DNA of 64,000 nucleotides, taken from NCBI GenBank assembly GCA_051362555.1, contig CM120648.1, positions 19,092,587 to 19,156,586 of the forward strand, given 5' to 3'. The notes under the pieces are model-generated. The model did no database searches, was not told the origin of the DNA, and saw only the letters and a program-made list of their open reading frames with translations. A program made the translations under genes and the position numbers. This DNA comes from Lingula anatina. Its lineage: Eukaryota > Animalia > Brachiopoda. Of this stretch, positions 47,461 through 59,013 are shown piece by piece. How positions within the stretch are numbered: position 1 is the stretch's first letter; each line of letters opens with the position of its first letter.

Positions 47461-50372
47461 ATTGTACCACCAGCATTAGCGCTGGCGGTACACATGGTTT
47501 TAGTCCCGTCCGGATCGTTCCACCGGCTCCGCCGGCTCCTGCGGCTCCGCCGGACGGCTACCGTTACCACTTCTCCTCCTAGACGGTAAGGACCCCGTAC
47601 CCATCTCTTGGATTTAGGTCACCTATAATCTCAACTCGTTCCACGTAAAATTTGGGCTTTGTCCGTATTGGGGTCTAGGTGTGGCACTCATTGCAATGCA
47701 CCCTTGTCTAAAAATGGCAAAATTAAATGCTAATTATCTACCCTACGGATGGAATTATGGGAAAAATTTCTACAGACGGCTTTCCAAAAGTCATATGTGT
47801 AGATTTCAAATATGCCCTTGGATTTGACCTTTGACCTTTATTTCAAGGTCAAATGGGCCAAAATTTTCAAAAAAATTAATTTTTTTACGAAAAAAAAATT
47901 ATTTGCCCTGTTATTCAGACACCACACAGACTTAACCAATAATATTATTGGAAGTTGTTACCCTTCAGGTCATCTTTCATCTCCGTGAATTTGGGGTCAA
48001 TCGGTGCATTTTCACGGGTGTAGCGGCCATAAGATACCGAAACTGAAAACTGTCTCTAATTTGGGAACCGTTAACGCTAGAGACCCATTCTTTTTTGCAT
48101 TTTGTAGAGCATGTAAAGCCCAACACTGGAGGTGGTCTCCGTTTTTTTGTATTCCATACGGTTTTCGAGTTACGCTGTATCAAAAAGTACATATTGGTGG
48201 TGAAAGCAAAACGTGCAGTACGGTTATGGATAATAAATTTTGAACTCCAAAAAAAAAAAATATATAAGGCTTGGCAAAGCAGACAACATGTGGTCAAAAA
48301 TGACATTATTTCATCAAATTTGAACTTCTGGAACTTCAGAGCACCTCCCATTTCAAGAATTTTGACCAAAATGACCTTTTCTTTATTTTAATTAATTTTT
48401 TTCTGTAGGAAATTTATGGCACATTATGGTAACTCCAAAATTATAACATTTAGTCCCTTATATCTCCAAAACTGGCAGAGATAGGTCCAAAGTTACTATT
48501 GAAGTTGAATAGGAAGTCATATACTGGCAATCTTACTGTGACCTTGAAATTGACCTTTGACCTACTTTTCACCATGAATTGAACTTTGCAAATTTTGCTT
48601 CCCTTTTATCTCCAAAACTGGCAGAGATAGGTCCATAGTTACTATTGAAGTTGAATAGGAAGTCATATACTGGCAATCTAAATGTGACCTTAAAATTGAC
48701 CTTTGGCCTACTTTTCACCATGAACTGAACTTTATGAATTTTGCTTCCCTTTTATCTCCAAAACTGGCAGAGATAGGTCCATAGATACTATTGAACTTGA
48801 ATAGGAAGTCATATACTGGCAATCTAAATGTGACCTTAAAATTGACCTTTGACCTACTTTTCACCATGAACTGAACTCTGCTAATTTCTTTCTCTTTTAA
48901 CTCCAAACCTGGCAGAGATAGGTCCATAGTTACTATTGAAGTTAAATATGAAGTCATATTCCGGCAATTTACTGTTACCTTGAAATTGACCTTTGACCTT
49001 CTTTTCACCATGAACTGAACTTTGCATATTTTGCTTCCCTTTTATCTTCAAAACTGGCAGAGATATGTCCATGGTTACTATTGAACTTGAATAGGAAGTC
49101 ATATACTGGCAATCTTACTGTGACCTTGAAATTGACATTTGACCTACTTTTCACCATGAACTGAACTTTGCAAATTTTGCTTCCCTTTTTTCTCCAAAAC
49201 TGGCTGAGATAGGTCCATAATTACTATAGAACTTGAATAGGAAGTCATACACTGGCAATCTAAATGTGACCTTGAAATTGACCTTTGACCTACTTTTCAC
49301 CATGAACTGAACTTTGCAAATTTTGCTTCCATTTTATCTCCAAAGTTACGCTGTATCAAAAAGTACATTGGTGGTGAAAGCAAAATGTGCAGTACGGTAA
49401 TGGATAATAAATTTTGAACTCCAGAAAAATAAATCATAAGGCTTGGCAAAGCAGACAACTCATGGTCAAAAATGACATTATATCATCAAATTTGAACATC
49501 TCGAACTTCAGAACACCTCCTATTTCAAGAATTTTGACCAAAATGACCTTTTCTTTATTTTAATTAATTATTTCTGTAGGAAATTTATGGCACATTATGG
49601 TAACTACAAAATTATAACATTTAGTCCCTTATATCTCCAAAACTGGCAGAGATAGGTCCATAGTTACTATTGAAGTTGAATAGGAAGTCATATACTGGCA
49701 ATCTTACTGTGACCTTGAAATTGACCTTTGACCTACTTTTCACCATGAACTGAACTTTGCAAATTTTGCTTCCCTTTTATCTCCAAAACTGGCAGAAAGG
49801 TCCATAGTTACTATTGAAGTTGAATAGGAAGTCATATACTGGCAATCTTAATGTGACCTTAAAATTGACCTTTGGCCTACTTTTCACCATGAACTGAACT
49901 TTGCAAATTTTGCTTCCCTTTTATCTCCAAAACTGGCAGAAAGGTCCATAGTTACTATTGAAGTTGAATAGGAAGTCATATACTGGCAATCTTAATGTGA
50001 CCTTAAAATTGACCTTTGGCCTACTTTTCACCATGAACTGAACTTTACGAATTTTGCTTCCCTTTTATCTCCAAAACTGGCAGAGATAGGTACTATTAAA
50101 CTTGAATAGAAGTCATATACTGGCAATTTACTGTGACCTTGAAATTGACCTTTGACCTACCTTATGATGAATTCACTTTGATTGTACCATTTTAAGTTAT
50201 GTATATTTTTTGCATATTCTGAAAATTCTTGTTGATTGCATTTTTACAGCTTGTCAAGCACAAAACTGGTGGCTGTGTCCCTTACTTTGTGTATGTGGGG
50301 GTCTATACGAATGCGCTTGCTCCAGCTGGTGGTACAATATTTGGAGGCGGTATCGCCTCTCTGATCCTCTAG
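47461..50372 (+). mobile_element. HINE family B copy with expanded 146-bp array
   Basis: Same termini (GTACCACCAGC ... hairpin-CTAG); TATCTCCAAAACTGG recurs at 48461, 48607, 48753; internal duplication 48170-48460 / 49345-49630. Confidence 0.82.
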
Positions 50373-50582
50373 TTTTAAATGGTTCCGATGAGTGTTTTAG
50401 ATTTTAATATTGTAGTAATTTTAAGGATTTTAGTTATATTATCCATTGTAAGCCGCCCAATAAGAAACATTATTATTATTATTATTATATTAATTGGCGC
50501 TATTTTTTAGCAATGCTGAGGAGAAAACACTGATTAATATTCATCTTTGCAATTACCTCAAGGCTTTATATACATTTTTCAG

Positions 50583-50707
50583 AGTTTATTATGTTTTGGT
50601 TAAACTCAATCCATATGCACACTATTGGAAAATTGAGGGAAGAAGACAAAAATGCCATGCCATACGTCTTGATTATTGGAACTCATAAGGACATGTTATG
50701 CGCACAG
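50583..50707 (+). CDS. ROCO-HEPN gene exon: ROC G4
   Basis: catttttcag| ... CAG|gtgaaa, phase 1-0; FWLNSIH and VLIIGTHKD. Confidence 0.9.
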
Positions 50708-51085
50708 GTGAAAACGCTTTTCTTATCACAATTATTCAATTACTACCATACTTATTCTATGTATAATTTGTATCCCTTCAACCATATCACGATTCCTGAC
50801 GAGTGACTTAATTATTTAGAAACTTTTCACTATGTGACTATTTGTGGATGGCATGATTTAATGTTGGGGGAAAAGGGTGTTCCTTGCCCCCTGTACTCCA
50901 TCCTAATTTTATATGTTCATTGCAACATACCCCATTTCTCAACTTGAACAAAGTGGACTATATCATATACACACATACACATACACACACCCCGGTAAAT
51001 GTTTTCCTTTACACTGACAATTTAACATTATTATATGGTAATGAACAACAACTACAAAAATGTCTTAACTAGTTTTTATTCATAG

Positions 51086-52268
51086 GGCGACGTTGAAAAG
51101 ATTTTTGATAAACTCAAGAAGTGTCTCGACGACAGGCAGGTACTCAAGGACCACGTCTACCGATATTTTGCCATAAGCAACTTGGCCGAAGATGATGGGG
51201 AGTTCGCTGAAATAAAAAAAGCGATCGAAGATTTGTGCGGTTATAGCAGCAACAGTATTGCTACCGTTCAACATCTTTCAGTGAATTGGATTAAATTGGA
51301 AATGAATTTGGCAGAGAAGAGTGAAGAAACCCCCATCATATCTATTGAAAAACTGAGGGAAATGGCAAAAAGGGTAGGACTCCCTGATGAAGAATTACAA
51401 GAAAAGTTCATTCCTTACCATCACCGTCAAGGCGACATCCTACACTTCAAAGTTGATGGACTGGAAAATGTCGTCATAATAGATCCACTTTGGTTAGCAG
51501 ATGTGTTTTCTGCCATCATGACCAATGCCAGCAGTCAACCTGGAGGCAGTCACTTTGATCTCCTGAAAGACGATCTGAAAAGAGGAGTGCTCAATGAGGA
51601 GGTATTTGATGAATATCTAAAACAAATCAAAATGGCCGAAAAAAAGACTGAAATCATTCAACTTATGCTGCATTTCGACTTGATGTTAGAAATATCCCAA
51701 GCAGTTGAAAACCCTCTGCCCGGGTCTGGAAAGAGAAGATTTGTCGTGCCCAGTATGCTGGTATCCAATAACAGTGTAAATAACGCCTTGTCTGAGACGG
51801 ATCCACAGAAATATTTGCTTATCGCATTCCCTCACATTCTGTTTCCTACCGGGTTGTTTCATCTTCTGATCATCCGTCTTCTTAGGAAGTATAGAGCTCA
51901 GGAATATAAACATAACATTCCAGTTGTTGGGTTTGACCATGCCTCCTTCCGTTTGGGAGACGAACAGTCGGTGCTCCATCTCGCCATTGAAGAAAGGGCC
52001 ATGAGAATGATGATAACAAACGCTACTGGAAACAAACCAAAACCTGACATATACTCCAATGCACGGGAAACCGTTGAAAAAGAACTGTCAACTCTTCGGG
52101 ACACGTACTGTCCCAGGATGCAGTTAGGCTTTTGCATTCGGTTAAAAGACAAAGGAAAAGATATTCCAATAAAAGCAGAAGACGTCCAAGAAAACGATGA
52201 GATATGTAGATCTGTAGAGGGCACTGAAATGCCAATCGATGTGACACCGTATCGTGTTTGGTTTTCAG
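51086..52268 (+). CDS. ROCO-HEPN gene exon: end of ROC + COR domain
   Basis: ttattcatag| ... TCAG|gtaagc, phase 0-1; FAISN, WIKLE, YHHRQGDILHF, VIIDPLWLADVF, FVVPSML, PTGLFHLL. Confidence 0.92.
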
Positions 52269-53004
52269 GTAAGCATTAAAATTTTAGGTAGTTTTGCTGT
52301 GAACAGACATTGTTCCTGAATATAATTAGGGGTAATGTAGTCATTGAAATCGGTGTTAAACTGATGTAAATGCAACTAATCATATTGGGTGATGTACTAA
52401 GATTTACATGAAGAGAATTAATATTTCAAATTGTTGCCAATAAACCAAACTTTATATATTTTAAAATAATGTAACTTGATAAATACCCAAAGGTATTTTT
52501 TATAATCCCCGAAAATGATATATCAGCATTTTTCCCCTTGGCAAATTTTGCCCATCGCCTTTGTTAGAACAATATAAATATCTCCTACAAAATCATGCAA
52601 TTTATATTTTAATCATTCCAACAATATGAGTTTTACATGGGCATCAACGTCTGTGTGAGGGTAAGACTGTTGCAATTCTATGTACCGAACATTTTTCATA
52701 TAAACTGTCCCATATTAGATTTATTACCCAGCCATGCACGTGGCTAGAATTGTTTTAACTTCTAATTTAAAAACAAATGCCCAAGCATATTTGGAAAACA
52801 TTTAATGACAAAAATAAATACTATGCCCTGGTCGTATTTTGAGAATTTACCTGCGGTGCAGAAGGTAAATGTACAGCAGGTTACCTTTTGCTCACAACAC
52901 ATATCTATTAATAAGTTTCTTCATACTTAAATTACATGTATATTATTAATTGCTAATTATGGTTCATCATGTGCATATTCTTGTAATCCTTCTTATTCTT
53001 ACAG

Positions 53005-53037
53005 TGAGTGCACAGGCAGTACAAGCAAGTGATCCAG
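53005..53037 (+). CDS. ROCO-HEPN gene 33-nt linker exon (VSAQAVQASDP)
   Basis: tcttattcttacag| ... CCAG|gtaatt, phase 1-1. Confidence 0.65.
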
Positions 53038-53342
53038 GTAATTTTGTATTTGGTAGTGCTTAGCTTAGGCTAAGAAGTACAAGCATTATTCTTATTTTTA
53101 CTTCTATTTTTATCTTTTAACTTACAAATCTTCAATATAAAGAAATAGCGTATTGTTACTAGCATGTACCCCCTGTTCATATGACTACATTTCACTGACT
53201 ACATATTTCTCCCATAATGCAGTGGTGGTTGCCGTATATTTTACACAAACACACACACACACACTAGTATACTACTCTATCTCTCTTTCCCTATAAAATT
53301 CTTGTTCAAAAAGCATTGATCATTATCATATGTTTCTATTAG

Positions 53343-54100
53343 TAGGTGCGAATGCCCCAGATGTGTCACAGAGGTTTGCAAGGCTGAGTTATCTCGTTGT
53401 TGAACTTGGAACAAAAGTCATAAGAACTTTCTTTCTCAAGGATGTTGTTAGGCCTAGCATCACTAATGGTGAGCACATCAGTGATAAAGATGCAGTGCTT
53501 CAGTTTTTTGGTAAGCATGACGTGATAAGGGAACTTGAGAAACTCAAGAAAACAAAAGTCATATATGCTTCTCAGTGGAATCTGTTGTACCCTGCCTCTG
53601 GTCATACAGATGTGGAAACGTTTGACATTACATTGCTGGTGTTATTGATAAGAAATCTTCACCCAGACAAAGCCAACCTGAAATGGTCAGCGCTCAAAGA
53701 AAATACCACTTTACCTTCCTCTCCACAAACAACACAAGGTTTCATCGACCACATCCAACGGCTTAAGAATGTCAGGAACTATATACAGCATTCCGCCACA
53801 TTTGGGATCCAAGACATGGAGAAATTCTGCACAAATTGGGAAATCGCCTGTGTTTCTGTTCTAGCACTTGGTGCAGATCCAAAGGAAGTGAAAAAGATAC
53901 AGGAATTCAACTTTAGCAAACAGGAGATAGATACAATAGTGTGCGAAATACGCAGCTCGGCCGAAGATAACAAACGGCATTTCGACAGCAGATTTGACAG
54001 GCTTGAATTACTAATATTTTCCTTTGTACGTGATGTTCGCTTTGCCATCTTCTTTGTCGTCCTCATTGCGTTAGCCATAAATTACCAGTGGTGGATTTAG
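53343..54100 (+). CDS. ROCO-HEPN gene last exon: DZIP3-type HEPN domain + C-terminal TM helix
   Basis: TAGTAG tandem acceptor, phase 1; FARLSYLVVELG, QWNLLYP, FDITLLVLLIRNL, RLKNVRNYIQH (Rx4H at 53774-53791); hydrophobic tail FAIFFVVLIALAINYQWWI-stop. Confidence 0.87.
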
Positions 54101-56138
54101 GGGGCGGAGAAGGGGTCAGGGGGATCCTGATTTCTAAAAAAAATCACACTAGTATTCCCCTCTTGAAATTAGAATTTTGACTAGCTGAATTATAGTTCTA
54201 AATAGAACTGAATGACACTGTTCTCCCTATAAAGTATCAAATTTCTTCGGGGCCTTTTGTATCTCATGGAACTGAATCAGTTGCCAGTTTTTCATGTTAC
54301 CCGTAGTGCATTATACAAGAGGGTAAGAGTGATTATGCTATTATGTAACAGTGCATCAAAATTGGCCAAAACATTATTTTGTGCACTTTTTTCTGTAGTC
54401 TGAATATTTCACAGTTTAACTTTTGCTGCCTTGTTTCTTGGTGTCTGTATATTTGCAAGCTTTGTATATTTTTTAATTGAAATGTTGAAATATAAGTAAA
54501 AGTAAAATGTCTGGATATTAGGTAAGATTTTTGAAAATACTTACCAGATTATACATAATATTGCTTATTGTAAAAACTTCCAAGTCTAAGATTTCATTCT
54601 AGAGTTTTATCATGTCTATTAAAAAGTTTTGAAGTGCAAAACTTGTTTGCCAAAAAAGTGAAGGTTATGTCAATGTAGTATTTTTAATAATTATCCATCC
54701 ATCAACTATTATAGCATCGTTTTGTTTTTGTCGTTTCACATATTGATTGAATCATTTGGGAAGCAACCATGTGCTTCGCGCAGTCATTGCGTAAAAGATG
54801 TTATTACATACAATGTGTAACAGTGATTTCAGTATTTTTTATCTACAAATTACAAATTCTGAACATTCCGTGAATGGGACTCTGCACCAAACAGTTTCAA
54901 ATAGTCACCCCAAGTTTGTAAAAGCTGCACTTGGTTGGGAAATTCAAGAATGAAAAAAAAAGTTCTATTCAAGTTAATCTTTTACTTCATATTGTATCTG
55001 AATACTGTATATTTAACATGGACATATCACTAATGAAAGACAGTTTCAAAGGCAGCCAAATGAATGTAATAACTTGCATTAATATATTATCAACAATTTC
55101 ATTGTAATAAACCTAGGAAAACTGACAACTTTTTTTCATGCTGTCTAAGACCAACCTCTTCCTAGGGCATGGACACAGAGGGCCATGGAATAAATACTAC
55201 AACAGCATGCTTATAAGCCATTACAATGTTCCAATAGTATTCAGTGAATGTAAGATAAAGTACAAAAAGCAGTAGGGCTCATAATTGTACATTAAATACA
55301 TCTTCACCCAGAAATGTTACAAAATGCTGGTCATCAAGTACAGCTTCTTCAAGATTGCAGAAAACCTTGTTCTACTGAGTATGATTTGAATTTAACCTTT
55401 TTTTTTCATCTTATACTTTTTGCACTTAAACAACAACCGTTATTTTGCCAAATTGGTTATAAATATTGAATATACATTCATCTGGATAAAAATGACTCCT
55501 TTATCAAATGTACCATTCCACTGTTCTGCATTCATGTGTGCAATCATTTGACACTGTGACAGTAACTCCACTTTTCAATAACCAGTTCAATTTTTTTCCA
55601 CCCAGCTGATAAAATAAATTTACATAGAAAAGCATGACAGTATCGACTGTGCAGCAACAAAATAATTACAATTAGAGGCATTTGACTCTACATCAAAATT
55701 TTACAGAAAAATTTCCACAGGTAAAGCACTAAAATGTAAAATTATTTTAAATAATTCAAACTTGCATTAAAAAACATTACAATTAAAATTAATACCTCTT
55801 TAGGTGTCAGAAACATTCACTGATAAAACATAAAAAACTAAAGATAAAAATACTGATGAACCAGAAGATACCAACTTCTCTCCACAGTCAACAAGAAATG
55901 TCAACTCTCACAACAACATACTGGAAATGTCTTCTAAATAATCAGAGTGGTTGCCTAGGCTGAAAAAAATTATCTGCTGTCTCAGTCCTGCAACTGTTTC
56001 ACACCTTGACTGAAATGTACTCAAATTTGGTACATTTTTTCAAATTATCCCTCAACTGCTAAAGGAATTGGCATTTTCCACATGCTACTTGTTCAGTGAA
56101 ATAAAAAAAAAGTCATCTCATTGGTAGCTGTGGATCTT

Positions 56139-56171
56139 CTAAATGGTCTCCACTGGTGTATGTACTGTGGC
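56139..56171 (-). CDS. DIS3L2: DIS3L2 homologue, probable last coding exon (ATVHTPVETI-stop)
   Basis: - strand acceptor tttggtattctctttccag; phase 0 fits the previous exon; little sequence conservation to confirm. Confidence 0.55.
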   Translation of the reverse strand, partial: ATVHTPVETI

Positions 56172-56554
56172 CTGGAAAGAGAATACCAAAGTCGTCAGCA
56201 TGGTCATAGAGTGCTCGGCTACTTAATTTGCTTATACTGGTAACATTGAATCTATTTTATCGTAAGAATTGTAACAATGCAAACTTTAAACATAATTACA
56301 GTTGTCATTTGCATAAATGGAGATCAGTTGCAATAATTGACCTATTATATCAATTTGACAAGTATCTCAAGCAGTGCAGTGCATGTTGTACTATACTTGA
56401 CTAACCAAACACACAATTTCCTGTACAAGGATTTGGAGTTACATTACATCTAAATTCTAAAATCTGAGTGACCTGACACCCACCATACAGAATTAAAGAT
56501 ATATTATAAATATTGATTCTTCCTGCTCACTTTCTTACTTATCCCCCCACCCCC

Positions 56555-56815
56555 CCACCCCCATTGAGAGATAGGAGATACAAATAACTTACAACCATTC
56601 TGGATGAGTTCCCCCCCCCCCCCCCCCCCCCCCCCATTGAGAGTTAGGAGATACAAATAGCTTACAACCATTCTGGATGAGTCCCCCCCCCCCCCCCCCA
56701 TTGAGAGTTAGGAGATACAAATAGCTTACAACCATTCTGGATGAGTCCCCCCCATTAAGAGTTAGGAGATACAAATAACTTACAACCATTCTGGATGTGC
56801 CCCCCCCCCCCCCAA
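56555..56815. repeat. Minisatellite, ~4 copies of a ~50-bp core separated by poly(C)
   Basis: CCATTGAGAGTTAGGAGATACAAATAGCTTACAACCATTCTGGATGAGT repeated. Confidence 0.9.
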
Positions 56816-56980
56816 GGGCCACACATCCATCCACGGTTTCAGAAAATAACTGATACTTCCTATGCACTTTTTATTTGACATCTACCCCCTCCCCCTTAAG
56901 AACTACTTTATTTTCATGATCAACATTCCAGATGACCTCCTCCCCCCTCCCTCCCTACAGGCCTGAAAACAATTACTTAC

Positions 56981-57148
56981 ATTCCACTTCAGAGGCTGGT
57001 TATCAGCCTTAAGAATACACTGGACATGAGTGAAGATGGTCACTTTCTGGGTGACCTCCCTGCGGTGGTCATCATCTGGGGCCCACACCAGGGTCAGCTC
57101 AGGACATTTACGGACCTTCTGGTAGGAGAAACTGATCAGGGGAAGTTT
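56981..57148 (-). CDS. DIS3L2: DIS3L2 homologue exon (C-terminal S1 domain)
   Basis: gtgtttccag| ... |gtaagt, phase 0-0; KLPLISFSYQKVRKCPELTLVWAPDD..TQKVTIFTHVQCILKAD..LKW resembles the vertebrate DIS3L2 segment QKVGKKPELTLVWEPED..ITIFSLVEVVL as I recall it. Confidence 0.85.
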
Positions 57149-57593
57149 CTGGAAACACGAAGCAATGGTCTTTATCATATAAAAAAGACGTACACAGTTT
57201 GCACATCAGCAATGAAACTGTTCAAAGGATGTCATCAAAATTTCCCTGAACTTTTTACATAAATTATGCTACAGAAAGTACAAGTAAAAACTATGAAGAG
57301 GACAGCAATATATTATGTATATATATAATATAAAGTGACTGAAAAAGTAAGCGATGGCAAACACTTAATACACAGAGACCAGGGGAAGATCCAGAGATAT
57401 TTTCTGACAGTCTTCCAAATTATCTTTGGTGATCCATTCTCCATTTTTGATCATATTCTGACAGAAAAAAATCAGATCACCATCAATGTCAACTTGAAAA
57501 ATTCTGACCATCGACCAGAATACACTTTAATTCCATCTGCCCCTATAGACAAGCATAGATAAAGTACCCCGACCCTCCACTTTCCATACTCAC

Positions 57594-57698
57594 ATCACAG
57601 TGCACTCTCTTCACCACTACAAGCTTTAGCACCAAAACATCAAAACCCTTGTCCAGGACTCCCATCACCATCCCTTGTCCCTCTAGTGGACCACATTC
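57594..57698 (-). CDS. DIS3L2: DIS3L2 homologue exon (start of S1 domain)
   Basis: ttatttccag| ... |gtgagt, phase 0-0; ECGPLEGQGMVMGVLDKGFDVLVLKLVVVKRVHCD resembles DIS3L2 [35 protein letters not shown] as recalled. Confidence 0.85.
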
Positions 57699-58502
57699 CT
57701 GGAAATAATAAGGTATGACAAAGTCATATATATCCTATAACTTGTTCCTCTAGTGGACCACATTCCTGGAAATAATAAGGTATGACAAAGTCATATATAT
57801 CCTATAACTTGTTCCTCTAGTGGACCACATTCCTGGAAATAATAAGGTATGACAAAGTCATATAAATCCTATTACTTGTTCTTCTAGTGGACCACATTCC
57901 TGGAAGACATAAGGTATGACAAAGTCAGATATATCCTATTACTTGTTCTTCTAGTGGACCACATTCCTGGAAGACATAAGGTATGACAAAGTCATATATA
58001 TCCTATAACTTGTTCCTCTAGTGGACCACATTCCTGGAAATAATAAGGTAAGACAAAGTCATATATATCCTATAACTTGTTCCTCTAGTGGACCACATTC
58101 CTGGAAATAATAAGGTAAGACAAAGTCATATATATCCTATAACTTGTTCCTCTAGTGGACCACATTCCTGGAAGACATAAGGTAAGACAAAGTCAGATAT
58201 ATCCTATAACTTGTTCCTCTAGTGGACCATATTCCTGGAAGACATAAGGTATGACAAAGTCAGATATATCCTATAACTTGTTCCTCTAGTGGACCACATT
58301 CCTGGAAATAATAAGGTAAGACAAAGTCAGATATATCCTATAACTTGTTCTTCTAGTGGACCATATTCCTGGAAGACATAAGGTAAGACAAAGTCAGATA
58401 TATCCTATAACTTGTTCCTCTAGTGGACCATATTCCTGGAAGACATAAGGTAAGACAAAGTCAGATATATCCTATAACTTGTTCCTCTAGTGGACCACAT
58501 TC
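57675..58502. repeat. 67-bp minisatellite, ~12.3 copies, spanning a DIS3L2 intron/exon boundary
   Basis: CTAGTGGACC recurs every 67 bp from 57683 to 58487. Confidence 0.95.
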
Positions 58503-58745
58503 TTTAGATATTCTCATCAGATAGATAAGGTGACTTCTGTTTCTAGTGATTTTGAGCAAACCTGCTGAAAATCTACAATGGGACAATCCATGATGCAATA
58601 TAGATATTCCCCACATTTTATACTAATAGCATTATTTGTGTTGTGATACTCATCTGTACTAAAACAATTTAATGACACGTTTAGATGTGTCCTCAGAGAA
58701 GTATCTGCTGCTGTTTACCATCATCAGAGCCAGTGTAGACATTCC

Positions 58746-59002
58746 AGTACTTGTAAATATTTAGCTGACAATAATGACACATACTTAATTAAGACAATCT
58801 AGAAGTTGTAAAGTACTTGTATATATTTAGCTGAAAATAATGACACACATTTAACAAGACAATCTAGTAGTTGTAAAGAACTTGTATATATTTAGCTGAA
58901 AATAATGACATATATTAACCAAGACAATCTAGAAGTTGTAAAGAACTTTCAAATATTTAGCTGAAAATAATGTTATATACTTAATTAAGACAATCTAGTA
59001 GT
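58746..59002. repeat. ~66-bp minisatellite, ~4 copies
   Basis: TTTAGCTGA at 58760, 58826, 58891, 58956. Confidence 0.85.
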
Positions 59003-59013
59003 GCTATATATAT

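Noticed and set aside
53330-54100. Stand-alone single-exon HEPN gene starting at ATG 53330
   Set aside because: The ATG lies in the pyrimidine tract of a phase-1 acceptor that matches the upstream donors; better explained as a terminal exon, though an internal start is not excluded.
57675-58502. Regular direct repeats resembling a CRISPR array
   Set aside because: Units are head-to-tail with no unique spacers, there are no cas genes, and the context is a eukaryotic intron.
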